This document shows, in pieces, positions 1-10,562 of a stretch of DNA of 62,773 bases (positions are counted from its first letter, which is position 1; each line of letters begins with the position of its first letter). The stretch comes from an uncultured Clostridiaceae bacterium (GTDB taxonomy: Bacteria > Bacillota > Clostridia > TANB77 > CAG-508), in the NCBI GenBank assembly GCA_948469815.1, contig CAOKMR010000002.1, forward strand, positions 1-62,773. The letters are read 5' to 3'. Both the position numbers and the translations under genes were made by a program. Under the pieces are notes generated by a model. The model was not told the DNA's origin and searched no databases. It was given only the letters and a program-made list of their open reading frames with translations.

Positions 1-362
1 TTAAAGATTTTTAAATTTTTAATAAAAAACGTGCAATTAATATTGCAATTTTCAACAGAGATGGAAGCATTAATGTGTGAATATACTGGCAGACAAATAT
101 TGCAAGAAGTAAAGAAACTCTAAAAAAACAGAAAATTAGAGGATTATTAAGTGAACCCCAAATCCTCTAAATTACACAAGATTTTTAAAACTATTGACAG
201 TATATCTAAACATTTGGTAAAATTTACAAAATGTTAAAATTTAATTATTAAAATTTTGTCATCAATCGGAAGGAAATCCGATTTACACAACTTTTACGAT
301 AGTCTCAAGAAAATATGATGTAAATATTATAGCAGAATGATTAAAAAATGGAGATGATTTTA

Positions 363-1188
363 ATGAACGACATAGATAAAAATGAAAACTATACTAATCA
401 AAGTTTTGAAGATATAAAACATATTGATGAAAATGGAATTGAATATTGGTATGCAAGAGAATTAATGAAAGTCTTAAGTTATAAAGATTGGAGATATTTT
501 GATGCAGTAATTGAAAAAGCAAAGATAGCTTGTCAAAACTCTGAAATAACTGACATTGACCATTTCGTTGTTGACAACAAAATGGTAGAAATAGGTTCTG
601 GTGCTAAAAGAGAACAAAAAGATTATAAATTAACACGATATGCTTGCTATCTTATAGCTCAAAATGCAAATCCAAGATTAAAAATTGTAGCTCTTGCACA
701 AACATATTTTGCAATTCAAACTAGAAAACAAGAAATTAGTGAAAAAGAATATAATTCATTAACAGAAGATGAAAAGAGATTTTATCAAAGAAACTTAACT
801 AGAAAAGGTAATTATTCACTTAATCAAACAGCTAAAAATGCAGGAGTTAAGAATTTTGATAAATTTCATAATGCTGGGTATAAAGGTTTATACAATGGAG
901 AAACAGCTGATGACATTGCTAAAAGAAAAGGATTAAGATATAGAGAAGATATTTTAGACAATATGGGAAGTGAAGAACTTGCAGCTAATTTATTTCGCAT
1001 AACACAAACAGAATCAAGATTAAAAAGAGATAAAGTTGATACTGAAAAGAAAGCTTGTGATACTCATAATAAAATTGGAAAAATAGTCAGAAAAGCAATT
1101 AAACAAGCAGGACGGAACTATGCCAGAAGAATTACCTACACCTAAAAAGAGTTTGAAACAACTAGAAAAAGAAAACAAGAGAAGTTAA
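363..1188 (+). CDS. DinD-family DNA-damage-inducible protein; frame changes +1 at in-frame CGG 1113-1115 (0-frame ORF stops at 1145)
   Basis: N-terminal and central region resemble DinD (..YACYLIAQNANP..AQTYFAIQTRKQE..ELAANLFRITQTE). Skipping C1113 gives GGTMPEELPTPKKSLKQLEKENKRS, ending at TAA 1186-1188 just before a hairpin terminator. ATG 363 has a GGAG 8 nt upstream. Confidence 0.7.
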
Positions 1189-1216
1189 AAAAATAAATAG
1201 CATTATAATTTATATA

Positions 1217-1250
1217 AAGAAATTTGCCACTGGTGGCAGATTTCTTTTCA
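1217..1250 (+). terminator. Rho-independent terminator after the DinD-like gene
   Basis: 13-bp stem aagaaatttgcca / tggcagatttctt with a 4-nt loop and a T-rich tail. Confidence 0.6.
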
Positions 1251-1524
1251 AAAAGTATTGCCAAACTTAAAAAATTATGTTAAATTAAAAACATAGTAAT
1301 AGACAAAAAAATACTGATATGGGTATACATATCTTTGAAACTATTGCTATAACTGATTTTGAAACGGATAATAGAGTGCTTTTATGCAAGGTATTTTTCG
1401 CATACGTCCTTTGCTAAGGCACCAAACAAAAAAGCGAACAGAAAATCACCAAGTTTTCTGTAACATCTAAAAAAATATCTAAAAAATTTGAAATTGGAGT
1501 AGTTTTTAGCAGGCTACTTCTTTT

Positions 1525-1755
1525 TCATTCTTTATAGAAAGTATATAGATATTGCAATACACTTTGTTGCATACTACTACTATCTAAATGTGCATAGATA
1601 TTTGCAGTAGTGTTATAATTAGAATGTCCTAGCCATACTTGAATTTGTTTATATTCTTCAATCTTTGGTAAATCAACTTTATCAGCAGAGTTAGATAAAA
1701 TAACATCTGTTTTCATAGCATATTGTAATGCTTTTCTTATATTTGCGTGATAATT
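1525..1755 (-). pseudogene. C-terminal fragment of a tyrosine recombinase/integrase
   Basis: Translation ..VWLGHSNYNTTANIYAHLD.. matches the LGHs..tT..iYaH C-terminal box of tyrosine recombinases. The frame closes ~13 codons upstream of the Met, and no N-terminal or catalytic Arg regions are present. Confidence 0.55.
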
Positions 1756-2028
1756 CTATCATTTTTTACTCCTTCCTTTTCTATAACAGCTTAAATTTAA
1801 CTTACTATTGATATTGTCTGTATAATATCATGTAATTACATTTAAGTCTAGTTAATTTGTGTAATAAAAATAGAGCCATTGCTCAAATAAATGGCAATGA
1901 CTTAATTTTGATTTGTTAAATAACAAATAATATTTCTTTATAAATATTGTAGATTTAATAATTTTGAGTTGCTAATTATATTATTTTATGATATTATATC
2001 AATACTATAAAAAATTTTAGGAGAAAAA

Positions 2029-4731
2029 ATGAAAAGATTAGTTGTTATTGACGGAAATAGCATTATGAATAGAGCCTTTTATGGAATTATCGGAAATAGA
2101 GTATTAAGAACAGAAGATGGAACATATACAAATGGAGTATATGGATTTTTAGCAATAATGTTTAAGATATTAGAAGATTTAAAGCCTGAATATTTAGCAG
2201 TAGCATTCGATTTAAAGGCACCTACAAAAAGACATCTTATGTATGCAGAATATAAAGGAACAAGGCATGCAATGCCAGAAGAACTTGTAGCACAAATGCC
2301 AATAATAAAGGAAATTCTAAATGCAATGAATATTTCTATAATTGAAAAAGAAGGATATGAAGCAGACGATATTTTAGGAACACTTGCAAAAAGAGCAGAA
2401 AAAAAGGGAATAGCAACAACCATTCTTTCTGGAGATAGAGATACACTTCAACTTGCAAGTAAAATGATTACCATAAGAATTCCACATACAAAAGCAGGTA
2501 AAACAGAAGAAGAAGATTATAACTCAGCAAAAGTCTTAGAAACTTATGGAGTAACACCAAAAGGAATGATTGAAGTAAAAGGATTAATGGGAGATAAATC
2601 TGACAATATCCCAGGAGTTCCAGGAGTAGGAGAAAAAACAGCAATAGGATTAATAAAAAAATATAAAAATATAGAAAACTTATACAAAGCAATAGAAGAA
2701 GGAACAGCAGATGAAAAAGGAAAATTAAGAGAAAATCTTGAAAATAATAAAGAACTAGCAATGCTTTCAAGAACTTTAGGCACTATAGATACAAAAGTGC
2801 CAATTGAAAAAAGACTAAAAGATTTACAAGTAAAAGAATGGGATAAGCAAAAAGTATTAGAAGAATTTAAAACACTCAAATTCAAAAAATATATAGAAAA
2901 ATTTGAACTTGATAAAATTGAAAACGAACAAATAAAACCACAGAATATAGAGGAACTATTTAATAAAAAGAACATAACAAGTGCTACAGAAATAGAAGAA
3001 TTAAAAAATAATATAATTAAACAAAAACAAATGATATATCTTTTTGAAACTAAAGAACTATTCAACTATCAAAGTATAATTAATATGGAAATTAGTAATA
3101 TATATATATTTAACGAAGGAACTTCATACAAAATAGAAAAAAGCCTTTTAAATAATCTTAAAGACATATTTGAAGATGAGAGTGTAAAAAAGATAGGATA
3201 TAAGCAAAAAACAGATTATATTCTACTTAAAGAACAGAATATAGAAATAAATAATATCTACTTTGATGTAGAAATATCAAGTTATTTATTAGATGCAAAT
3301 GTTGGAAAATATGCGCTAGAAAGATTAGCAGAAAAATATCTAAACATAGACATAAACAATATAACCCAAAACGATAATAGTGATGTACAACTGAATTTAT
3401 TTGATAATATTCAAGAAGCGAATAAAAATGATAATATAGAATACCTATTAAAAGTATATATAATATCAAAATTATATGAAATAACAAATAAGCTATTAAT
3501 AGAAAAAAATCTTATTGATTTATTTAATAATATAGAAATGCCATTAGAAAAAGTATTAGCAGATATGCAATGTAATGGAATACTTGTTGATAAACAAGAA
3601 CTTATAAATTATGGAGAATTATTAAAACAAGAACTAACAAAATTAACAGAGGAAATATACAAAATATCAGGACAAGAATTTAATATTAATTCACCAAAGC
3701 AACTAGGAAAAGTTTTATTTGAAGATTTAAAACTTACAACATATAAGAAAACTAAAAGTGGATATTCTACAGATGTAGAGACTTTAGAAAAAATCAAAAA
3801 TGAGCATCCAGTAATTGAAAAGATTTTAGAATATAGGCAAATAGCAAAATTGCTTACAACATATGTTGAAGGTCTTTTACCATATATTAACACTAATACA
3901 GGAAGAATACATTCATATTTTCATCAAACAGTCACAGCAACAGGGAGACTAAGTAGCTCTGACCCAAATTTACAAAGTATACCTACAAAATTTGAATCTG
4001 GAAAAAAACTTAGAGAAGTATTCAAGCCACAAAAAGGATATATATATGTTGATGCAGACTATTCGCAAATTGAACTTAGAGTTCTTTCGCATGTGGCTCA
4101 AGATGAAATTTTAATAAATTCATTTAAAAATGGAGAGGATATACATAAACAAGTAGCTTCTCAAGTATTCAATACACCACTAGAAGAAGTAACAAAAGAA
4201 CAAAGAAGTCATGCAAAAGCAGTAAACTTTGGAATAGTGTACGGTATTAGTGATTATGGACTATCTGAGCAAATTGGAGTTCCAGTAAAAGTCGCAAAAC
4301 AATATATACAAAACTATTTTGAGAAATATCCGCAAATAAAAAAATTTGAAGACGAAATAATAGAAAAAGCTAAAAAAGAAGGATATGTAGATACTTTGTA
4401 TGGAAGAAGAAGATATATTCCAGAAATAAATTCAAATAGTTATATGGTAAGACAATTTGGGATTAGAATTGCGACTAATACACCAATACAAGGAACAGCA
4501 GCAGATATAATGAAAATAGCAATGATAAATGTATATAATAGAATAAAAAAGGAAAAATTAAAAACAAAAATAGTATTACAAATACATGATGAATTGCTTT
4601 TAGAAGCACCAATAGAAGAAAAAGATAAAGTAAAAGAACTATTAAAAACAGAAATGGAAGAAGCTGTAAAATTACTTGTTCCGCTAACTGCAGAAGTTTC
4701 AGAAGCAAGCAACTGGGAAGAATGTAAGTAA
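2029..4731 (+). CDS. polA: DNA polymerase I
   Basis: 900 aa with a 5'-3' exonuclease N-terminus (DGNSIMNRAFY, GDKSDNIPGVPGVGEKTA). Pol A motifs DYSQIELRVL, KAVNFGIVYG and QIHDELLLE are present. Strong RBS. Confidence 0.97.
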   Translation: MKRLVVIDGNSIMNRAFYGIIGNRVLRTEDGTYTNGVYGFLAIMFKILEDLKPEYLAVAFDLKAPTKRHLMYAEYKGTRHAMPEELVAQMPIIKEILNAMNISIIEKEGYEADDILGTLAKRAEKKGIATTILSGDRDTLQLASKMITIRIPHTKAGKTEEEDYNSAKVLETYGVTPKGMIEVKGLMGDKSDNIPGVPGVGEKTAIGLIKKYKNIENLYKAIEEGTADEKGKLRENLENNKELAMLSRTLGTIDTKVPIEKRLKDLQVKEWDKQKVLEEFKTLKFKKYIEKFELDKIENEQIKPQNIEELFNKKNITSATEIEELKNNIIKQKQMIYLFETKELFNYQSIINMEISNIYIFNEGTSYKIEKSLLNNLKDIFEDESVKKIGYKQKTDYILLKEQNIEINNIYFDVEISSYLLDANVGKYALERLAEKYLNIDINNITQNDNSDVQLNLFDNIQEANKNDNIEYLLKVYIISKLYEITNKLLIEKNLIDLFNNIEMPLEKVLADMQCNGILVDKQELINYGELLKQELTKLTEEIYKISGQEFNINSPKQLGKVLFEDLKLTTYKKTKSGYSTDVETLEKIKNEHPVIEKILEYRQIAKLLTTYVEGLLPYINTNTGRIHSYFHQTVTATGRLSSSDPNLQSIPTKFESGKKLREVFKPQKGYIYVDADYSQIELRVLSHVAQDEILINSFKNGEDIHKQVASQVFNTPLEEVTKEQRSHAKAVNFGIVYGISDYGLSEQIGVPVKVAKQYIQNYFEKYPQIKKFEDEIIEKAKKEGYVDTLYGRRRYIPEINSNSYMVRQFGIRIATNTPIQGTAADIMKIAMINVYNRIKKEKLKTKIVLQIHDELLLEAPIEEKDKVKELLKTEMEEAVKLLVPLTAEVSEASNWEECK

Positions 4732-4743
4732 GGAGAAAGAATA

Positions 4744-5304
4744 TTGAACAAAAAGAAGAGGACAATATTGATAATTATATTAATAATTTTATTAATATTG
4801 ATAACATTAAAAGCAATAAATATTGAAAACATAGTATTAAGAAACATATATACAAAGCAATATGAAGAATGTATTTATAAGTGTTCAGAAGAATGTGAAA
4901 TTGACCCCTTATTAATATTTGCCATAATAAGAGTAGAAAGTAATTTTAAAGAAGACAGCATTTCATTAAGTCAAGCAAAAGGATTAATGCAATTAATGGA
5001 TTCAACAGCAGACGAATTAGCAACAAAACTAAACATGAACGAAGACTATGATATATTCAATGCAGACACTAATATAGAACTAGGAACAACATATATGTCT
5101 AATCTATTAACATACTACAACAACAATTTATATCTGGCATTAGCTGCATATAATGCAGGAATAGGAAATGTAAACAAATGGATAGAAAATGGAACAATAA
5201 AAAAAGATGGTTCAGATATAGAAAATATACCATTCAAAGAAACAAGAAATTATGTTAGAAAGGTGTTACGAGATTATAGAATTTATAGTAAGTTATATGG
5301 TTAA
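4744..5304 (+). CDS. Membrane-anchored lytic transglycosylase (SLT domain)
   Basis: N-terminal TM helix followed by ESNF..S.A.GLMQLM..TA..AYNAG motifs. TTG start. Confidence 0.8.
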   Translation: MNKKKRTILIIILIILLILITLKAINIENIVLRNIYTKQYEECIYKCSEECEIDPLLIFAIIRVESNFKEDSISLSQAKGLMQLMDSTADELATKLNMNEDYDIFNADTNIELGTTYMSNLLTYYNNNLYLALAAYNAGIGNVNKWIENGTIKKDGSDIENIPFKETRNYVRKVLRDYRIYSKLYG

Positions 5305-5327
5305 TGTAGAACGAAAATATATTTATG

Positions 5328-5353
5328 TTGTAGGGGCAGGCCTTGTGTCTGCC
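5328..5353. repeat. REP-like GC-rich palindromic element (tgtaggggcaggccttgtgtctgccc)
   Basis: GC-rich hairpin-forming unit in an AT-rich spacer. Two related copies occur at 9028-9100. Confidence 0.5.
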
Positions 5354-5482
5354 CAATAAGAGGAGCGTGAAAAATTTGCGAAGCAAATTTTACTCGCCCT
5401 AATAATATAAGAGAAAACAAATTTCAAATATAGTATTATAAATAAAAAAGTAAATGGATTTAGTTTTAAGAAGGGCGAGAAA

Positions 5483-6052
5483 ATGGATAATTTAGAGGAA
5501 CAAATAAATAGAGATATAAAAGAAAGATTAACAGAGCATAGATATAATCATTCAATAGGAGTAATGAAAAAGGCAGAGGAGTTAGCAAAATTTTATGGAT
5601 TAGATAGTAAAAAAGCAAGAGTAATAGGATTAGTACATGATATAGCAAAACAGATGAAACCATCAGAAATAGAAGAATACATATCAAAATATAATGTAGA
5701 ACTTGATGAGATAGAAAAGTCTAATACAGAACTCATACATGCAAAAATTGGTGCAGATATAAGTAAAAGAAAATACAATTTTGATGATCAAATGGTAAAT
5801 GCAGTAAAATATCATACAACAGGTCATCCAAATATGGATATGATGGCAAAGATTATATTCATAGCAGATAAAATAGAAGAAAATAGAGATTATGAGGGAG
5901 TAGAAGAAAAAAGACAATTAGCATACCTAAATATAAATAAGGCAATAATAGAAACAATAGATTATACAACAAAAGACAGTATAAATAGGGGAAAAATGAT
6001 ACATACAGACTCAATTGATACAAGAAACTATTTATTAAAGAAAATCTATTAA
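5483..6052 (+). CDS. yqeK: HD-domain hydrolase, YqeK family (bis(5'-nucleosyl)-tetraphosphatase-like)
   Basis: 189 aa with H..HS.GV near the N-terminus, LVHDIAK, and the YHTTG motif typical of YqeK. Confidence 0.75.
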   Translation: MDNLEEQINRDIKERLTEHRYNHSIGVMKKAEELAKFYGLDSKKARVIGLVHDIAKQMKPSEIEEYISKYNVELDEIEKSNTELIHAKIGADISKRKYNFDDQMVNAVKYHTTGHPNMDMMAKIIFIADKIEENRDYEGVEEKRQLAYLNINKAIIETIDYTTKDSINRGKMIHTDSIDTRNYLLKKIY

Positions 6053-6249
6053 CGGACGCCAAAAGGGCGCCACTACATTTCTCTACAATTCTAAATTTAC
6101 CTAAAAATTTATCATCCATGTAACCCCCAAATTTTTATATTAGGATAGCTGTAAATTGGAACTTTAAATAATTATAAATTAATAGAATAAAACCTCAAAT
6201 TACGAATAAAATAATAAGAAAAACAAATGGACATGTAAGAGGTAAATTT

Positions 6250-7347
6250 ATGATTATTGATATGGGTTATTGGAATAAAGTTATAAGAAGAATTATAGGA
6301 CTAGCATTAACTATTGTAGGAATATGTTTAGCGATTAAACTATCGGTATTTTATACCCCTTTTTTAATTGCAGTAGTAATAGCAATGCTAATAGAACCTT
6401 TAATAAAATGGACATCTAAAAAAACAAAACTAGAAAGAAAAAAGACTGCAATAATCGTATTGGTTTTAGTATTTGCAATAATTATAGGGATATTAGTTTT
6501 AGGAATAACAACTCTAATTTCTGAAGCTTCCAATCTATTATCTGGTTTAAATGGATATATAGATATTGCATATGCAAAAGTGCAAGAATTAACACAATAT
6601 GTTAAATTTGATGGATTTGAAAATAAAGAAGAAATAAATACAATACTTCAAAATGCAACAAGAAATTTACTAGATACAGTATCAAATATTATTACCAGTT
6701 TTTTACAGTCCATATTAAGTGCAGTAACATCACTTCCAGAAATAGGAATTTATACGGTAATCACAATCATTGCAACATATTTTATGTGTACAGATAGATT
6801 ATATATGTTAGACCAATTAGAACATCATTTACCTAGGAACTGGGTAAGAAAAATAGGAATACATGTTAGAGAGATAGCGTCATATTTAGGGAATTATTTA
6901 AAAGCAGAATTTATATTAATAGGAATTGATTTCCTAATAGTTTTGGTTGGTTTAGTTGCAATGAATCTTTTTGGTTTTAACATTAAATATCCTTTACTGG
7001 TAGCATTAGGAATTGGATTTGTAGATGCTTTGCCTTTAGTAGGGTCAGGAACTGCAATGGTTCCTTGGGCAGTAGTATCTGCATTAAATGGAGACTTGAA
7101 ATTGGCAATATCAATATTAGTGCTATTCGCAATAATAATAATAGTAAGACAATTATTAGAACCTAAAATTGTAAGCTCACAAATAGGAATCCATCCTATA
7201 TTTACATTAATATCAATGTATACAGGATATAAATTTATAGGTGTATTAGGAATGTTAATAGGACCTATTATACTTATTATATTAAAAAGTATTTTTGGAA
7301 GATTAATTGATAAGGGGATACTAAAAACAATTTTTGATAGAAGATAA
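6250..7347 (+). CDS. AI-2E family transporter / YtvI-like integral membrane protein
   Basis: 365 aa with multiple TM segments and the conserved G..DALPLVGSG....PW block. Confidence 0.75.
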   Translation: MIIDMGYWNKVIRRIIGLALTIVGICLAIKLSVFYTPFLIAVVIAMLIEPLIKWTSKKTKLERKKTAIIVLVLVFAIIIGILVLGITTLISEASNLLSGLNGYIDIAYAKVQELTQYVKFDGFENKEEINTILQNATRNLLDTVSNIITSFLQSILSAVTSLPEIGIYTVITIIATYFMCTDRLYMLDQLEHHLPRNWVRKIGIHVREIASYLGNYLKAEFILIGIDFLIVLVGLVAMNLFGFNIKYPLLVALGIGFVDALPLVGSGTAMVPWAVVSALNGDLKLAISILVLFAIIIIVRQLLEPKIVSSQIGIHPIFTLISMYTGYKFIGVLGMLIGPIILIILKSIFGRLIDKGILKTIFDRR

Positions 7348-7408
7348 ATTTTAAAATTTGAAAAAAGTTAAAGGGTAATTGTAATGTATTTCAAACCATT
7401 AATGAATT

Positions 7409-7443
7409 GAGTAGGAAATAAATAAGATAAATATTTCCTACTC
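7409..7443. terminator. Bidirectional hairpin terminator between convergent genes
   Basis: 12-bp stem gagtaggaaata / tatttcctactc, lying between the + gene ending at 7347 and the - gene ending at 7457. Confidence 0.55.
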
Positions 7444-7456
7444 GATTTTAGTCTTT

Positions 7457-8995
7457 TTATTCCCACTCAATTGTTGCAGGAGGTTTTGATGTTATATCAT
7501 AAACAATTCTATTTATATGTTTAACTTCATTTACAATTCTTGAAGATACTTTTTCTAAAATATCATAAGGTATTTTTGCCCAAGTAGCAGTCATAAAATC
7601 TGAAGTTTCTACAGCTCTTAAGGCAAGAGTGTAATCATAAGTTCTTTCGTCACCCATAACTCCAACAGAGCGTAAATTTGTAAGTACAGCAAAGTATTGA
7701 TTTAAATTTCTATCTAATCCTGCATTTGCAATTTCTTCTCTAAATATAGCATCTGCATCTTTTAAAATTTCTAATTTTTCATCTGTAATATCTCCAATTA
7801 CACGAATTGCAAGTCCTGGACCAGGGAAGGGTTGACGATATACTAAGTAATCAGGAATGCCCAATTCTAGACCAGTTTGTCTCACTTCATCTTTAAATAA
7901 ATCTCTTAATGGCTCAACTATTTCTTTAAAATCAACGTAGTCAGGAAGTCCTCCAACATTATGATGGCTTTTTATAGTTTGTCCTTGACCTGCGCCACTT
8001 TCAATAACATCTGGATAAATAGTTCCTTGAACTAAGAAATCAACCTTTCCAATCTTTTTAGCTTCTTCTTCAAAAACTCTTATAAATTCTTCACCAATAA
8101 TTTTTCTTTTTTGTTCAGGATCAGATATACCTGCAAGTTTAGCTAAAAAACGTTCTTTAGCATTAACTCTAATTAAGTTTATATCATATTGTTCTCTAAA
8201 AATTTTTTCAACTTCATCACCTTCATTTTTACGAAGAAGACCATGATCAACAAAAATACAAGTTAAATTTTTTCCTATTGCTTTATTTAATAATACAGCA
8301 GCAACAGAAGAATCAACACCACCAGATAGAGCACAGAGTGCTTTACCATTACCAATTTTATTTCTTAATGCTTTTACAGAATCTTCTACAAATGAAGCCA
8401 TATTCCAATCACCAGAACAATTGCAAATATTATATACGAAATTTTTAATAATTTCTGTACCGTTTTTTGTTAAGTTTACCTCTGGATGGAATTGTATTCC
8501 ATATATTTTTTTATTATCATCAGCAATAGCAGCATTAGGACAATTAGAGGTATGTCCTATATTTTTAAATCCTTCTGGTAATTTATTTACAAAGTAAGTA
8601 TGACTCATAAGACATACATTTTGATTTTCAATTCCAGAAAATAGAGGAGATGTATTATCTATATCTACTAAAGTTTCTCCATATTCACGTTTATTAGATT
8701 GTTCAACAGTTCCTCCAAGTATATGAGTAATCAATTGCATACCATAACAAATGCCAAGTACTGGTATACCTAGATTAAAAATTTCTTTATCGCAAATTAG
8801 AGCATTTTTTTCAGAAACACTAGATGGACTACCAGTAAAAATAATTCCTTTTGGATTTTTCTTTTTAATTTCTTCAATTGTTATATTATGAGGCACAATT
8901 TCTGAATAAACATTACATTCACGAACACGTCTTGCAATTAATTGATTATATTGTCCATAAAAATTTAAAATTAATATAGTTTCTTTATTTTCCAT
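7457..8995 (-). CDS. guaA: GMP synthase (glutamine-hydrolysing)
   Basis: 512 aa with a GATase domain (GICYGMQ), PP-loop SGGVDSS and the C-terminal ..PPATIEWE. Confidence 0.97.
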   Translation of the reverse strand: MENKETILILNFYGQYNQLIARRVRECNVYSEIVPHNITIEEIKKKNPKGIIFTGSPSSVSEKNALICDKEIFNLGIPVLGICYGMQLITHILGGTVEQSNKREYGETLVDIDNTSPLFSGIENQNVCLMSHTYFVNKLPEGFKNIGHTSNCPNAAIADDNKKIYGIQFHPEVNLTKNGTEIIKNFVYNICNCSGDWNMASFVEDSVKALRNKIGNGKALCALSGGVDSSVAAVLLNKAIGKNLTCIFVDHGLLRKNEGDEVEKIFREQYDINLIRVNAKERFLAKLAGISDPEQKRKIIGEEFIRVFEEEAKKIGKVDFLVQGTIYPDVIESGAGQGQTIKSHHNVGGLPDYVDFKEIVEPLRDLFKDEVRQTGLELGIPDYLVYRQPFPGPGLAIRVIGDITDEKLEILKDADAIFREEIANAGLDRNLNQYFAVLTNLRSVGVMGDERTYDYTLALRAVETSDFMTATWAKIPYDILEKVSSRIVNEVKHINRIVYDITSKPPATIEWE

Positions 8996-9027
8996 ATTTT
9001 CCTCCTAATAAAATTTATTAATTCTAT

Positions 9028-9100
9028 TGTAGGGGCACATTGCATGTGCCCACCTCCAATTTATTGCAAATTTCATTGGGCACATGCAATGTGCCCCTAC
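9028..9100. repeat. Two inverted copies of a REP-like palindromic unit (potential cruciform)
   Basis: tgtaggggcacattgcatgtgccca at 9028-9052 and tgggcacatgcaatgtgcccctac at 9077-9100 are reverse complements. Each unit is itself a hairpin. Confidence 0.6.
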
Positions 9101-9233
9101 GTAAAATTATGCATATATTTTATCATAATGCCTACGAAATGTAAATAAAATAAGTAAATTTTGATATAGTGTGTCGAATAATGTCAGCAAGTTAAAAAAT
9201 AAGAATCGCTAAAAATAAGACTTTTAGCGATTT

Positions 9234-9255
9234 TTTGTTACTAATTTGTTACTAA
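9234..9255. repeat. attL core (tttgttactaatttgttactaa)
   Basis: Identical 22-mer at 49380-49401. Imperfect similarity (16/21) continues for 21 more nt. Confidence 0.8.
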
Positions 9256-9265
9256 CAAGGTGTAA

Positions 9266-10420
9266 TTAGTGGAAATTTACAGCCTTTAAATAGGTAATTT
9301 TTTCATGTTTTTTCTTTCTATAATTTATTAATTCAATAGTAGATTTTAATTCCTCAATTGTTCTTTGATTATATACTTTATTTCCAGTATTACCATTTTG
9401 ATGTCCCATAAGAAGATCCATACATTTATCATCTGCTCCCATTCTATCTAACTCTGAACGAAATGTATATCTTGTTTCGTGAGTTGTGTAATCATCTTCT
9501 AATTCTAATTTATTCATAAATTCAACATACATTAATCTATATTTATCATAATATAATCTTTCTCCATTATCCATCATAAAAAGATACATATTATTTTTAT
9601 TATAATATTTTTTTACTATTGGAACAATGTCGTGATGTAGAGGGATTAATCTGTTTTTACCAGCTTCTGTTTTTAATCCACAGATCCAGTATTCATCTTC
9701 CATATTAATACTTGCTATGTCTAAAAATAAAAGTTCTTCAATTCTCATTCCTGTATAAAGAAGAATAAGTTGTATATCTGCAACTAGATTCCCTTCATAT
9801 TCCCATATTTTTTCTATTACTTCATAAGTATATGGGCTTCTTTGTTCATCCGATTCCTCATATTCAATTTCCAATAATGCTCCATATCCTTTTATAATAA
9901 TATCCTCTCCAAGTGCATAATCATCTAATTTCATTATTAAGTTACGCATATCTACAATTTTTGTTTTCTTTCCTTCTGTAGCATAAATAATTTGTTGAAA
10001 ATCATTCTTTTTTAAGGAAGCATATTTTTTATTATATAGTGGTTTGAATTTTTTAGCTGCAGCTAATAATCCCATTGAATTTGAAAGACCAAGTTTCCCT
10101 TTTATAGTTTCGTGTGTCTTTCGCATTCTTTTTCGTTCCTCTTTAGTAGGTATAAATATTTCTTCCCATTCATCTAATAATTGTTTAAAGGTATAAGTTA
10201 ATTTGTTTACATTTAAATTACTATGGTTTTTATTCCACCAAATCAAAGCTTCTTCAGCTTCAGCTCTTGAAGCAAAATATTTTTCTCCTTTTTCATTACA
10301 TATTGCTTTTTGAATAGGTTGTCCATTTTCTTTATATCCCACGGTTGCTTTTGCAAACCAGGGTTTTCTACGATTACCTTTTAATTTAACAATAGTACCT
10401 GTGCCATTTGCTCTTTTCAT
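9266..10420 (-). CDS. int: Phage integrase, tyrosine recombinase
   Basis: 384 aa with TGMRIEEL (Arg I), HETRYTF, LLMGH and ..KVYNQR (Tyr) boxes. Lies directly next to attL. Confidence 0.95.
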   Translation of the reverse strand: MKRANGTGTIVKLKGNRRKPWFAKATVGYKENGQPIQKAICNEKGEKYFASRAEAEEALIWWNKNHSNLNVNKLTYTFKQLLDEWEEIFIPTKEERKRMRKTHETIKGKLGLSNSMGLLAAAKKFKPLYNKKYASLKKNDFQQIIYATEGKKTKIVDMRNLIMKLDDYALGEDIIIKGYGALLEIEYEESDEQRSPYTYEVIEKIWEYEGNLVADIQLILLYTGMRIEELLFLDIASINMEDEYWICGLKTEAGKNRLIPLHHDIVPIVKKYYNKNNMYLFMMDNGERLYYDKYRLMYVEFMNKLELEDDYTTHETRYTFRSELDRMGADDKCMDLLMGHQNGNTGNKVYNQRTIEELKSTIELINYRKKKHEKITYLKAVNFH

Positions 10421-10516
10421 TAAAAAACCTCCATTTTTCTTTTAATAACACTTGAAAAATGAAAGTTTTTTGTATATAATACAAAAGTAATCACTTTTCA
10501 AAAGTGTTTGCGTCTT

Positions 10517-10557
10517 GGATAATGTGTGTCGTCTCGCAAAGTTGAAACACATTATCC
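10517..10557. other. 11-bp-stem hairpin (ggataatgtgt / acacattatcc) followed by a T-run on the + strand
   Basis: Seen in sequence. Lies between two minus-strand genes and contains one arm of the 16-bp inverted repeat noted in findings. Confidence 0.5.
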
Positions 10558-10562
10558 GTTTT

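Noticed and set aside
150-347. LexA (Cheo-type GAAC-N4-GTTC) box upstream of the DinD-like gene.
   Set aside because: Only a promoter-like ttgaca-18-taaaat (194-223) and a small atcgga/tccgat inverted repeat (264-283) are present. No SOS-box match was seen.
2079-4847. Numerous antisense or out-of-frame ORFs inside polA in the track (2079-2423, 2468-2770, 2544-3065, 3227-3487, 3609-3893, 4440-4847, 4475-4765).
   Set aside because: They give low-complexity Leu/Ile/Phe/Ser-rich translations typical of the reverse strand of AT-rich genes. All lie fully inside a well-supported gene and lack an RBS. The same reasoning applies to similar shadow ORFs under guaA-side genes, the tape measure gene (37580-38122, 37714-38004, 38918-39880), terL, spoIVA-side genes and the permeases (60531-60818, 60540-60788, 60623-60868).
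8996-9233. Purine riboswitch or T-box-type leader upstream of guaA.
   Set aside because: I could not find the conserved purine-riboswitch core or any other recognisable leader by eye; only REP-like palindromes are present. An Rfam scan is needed before any claim.
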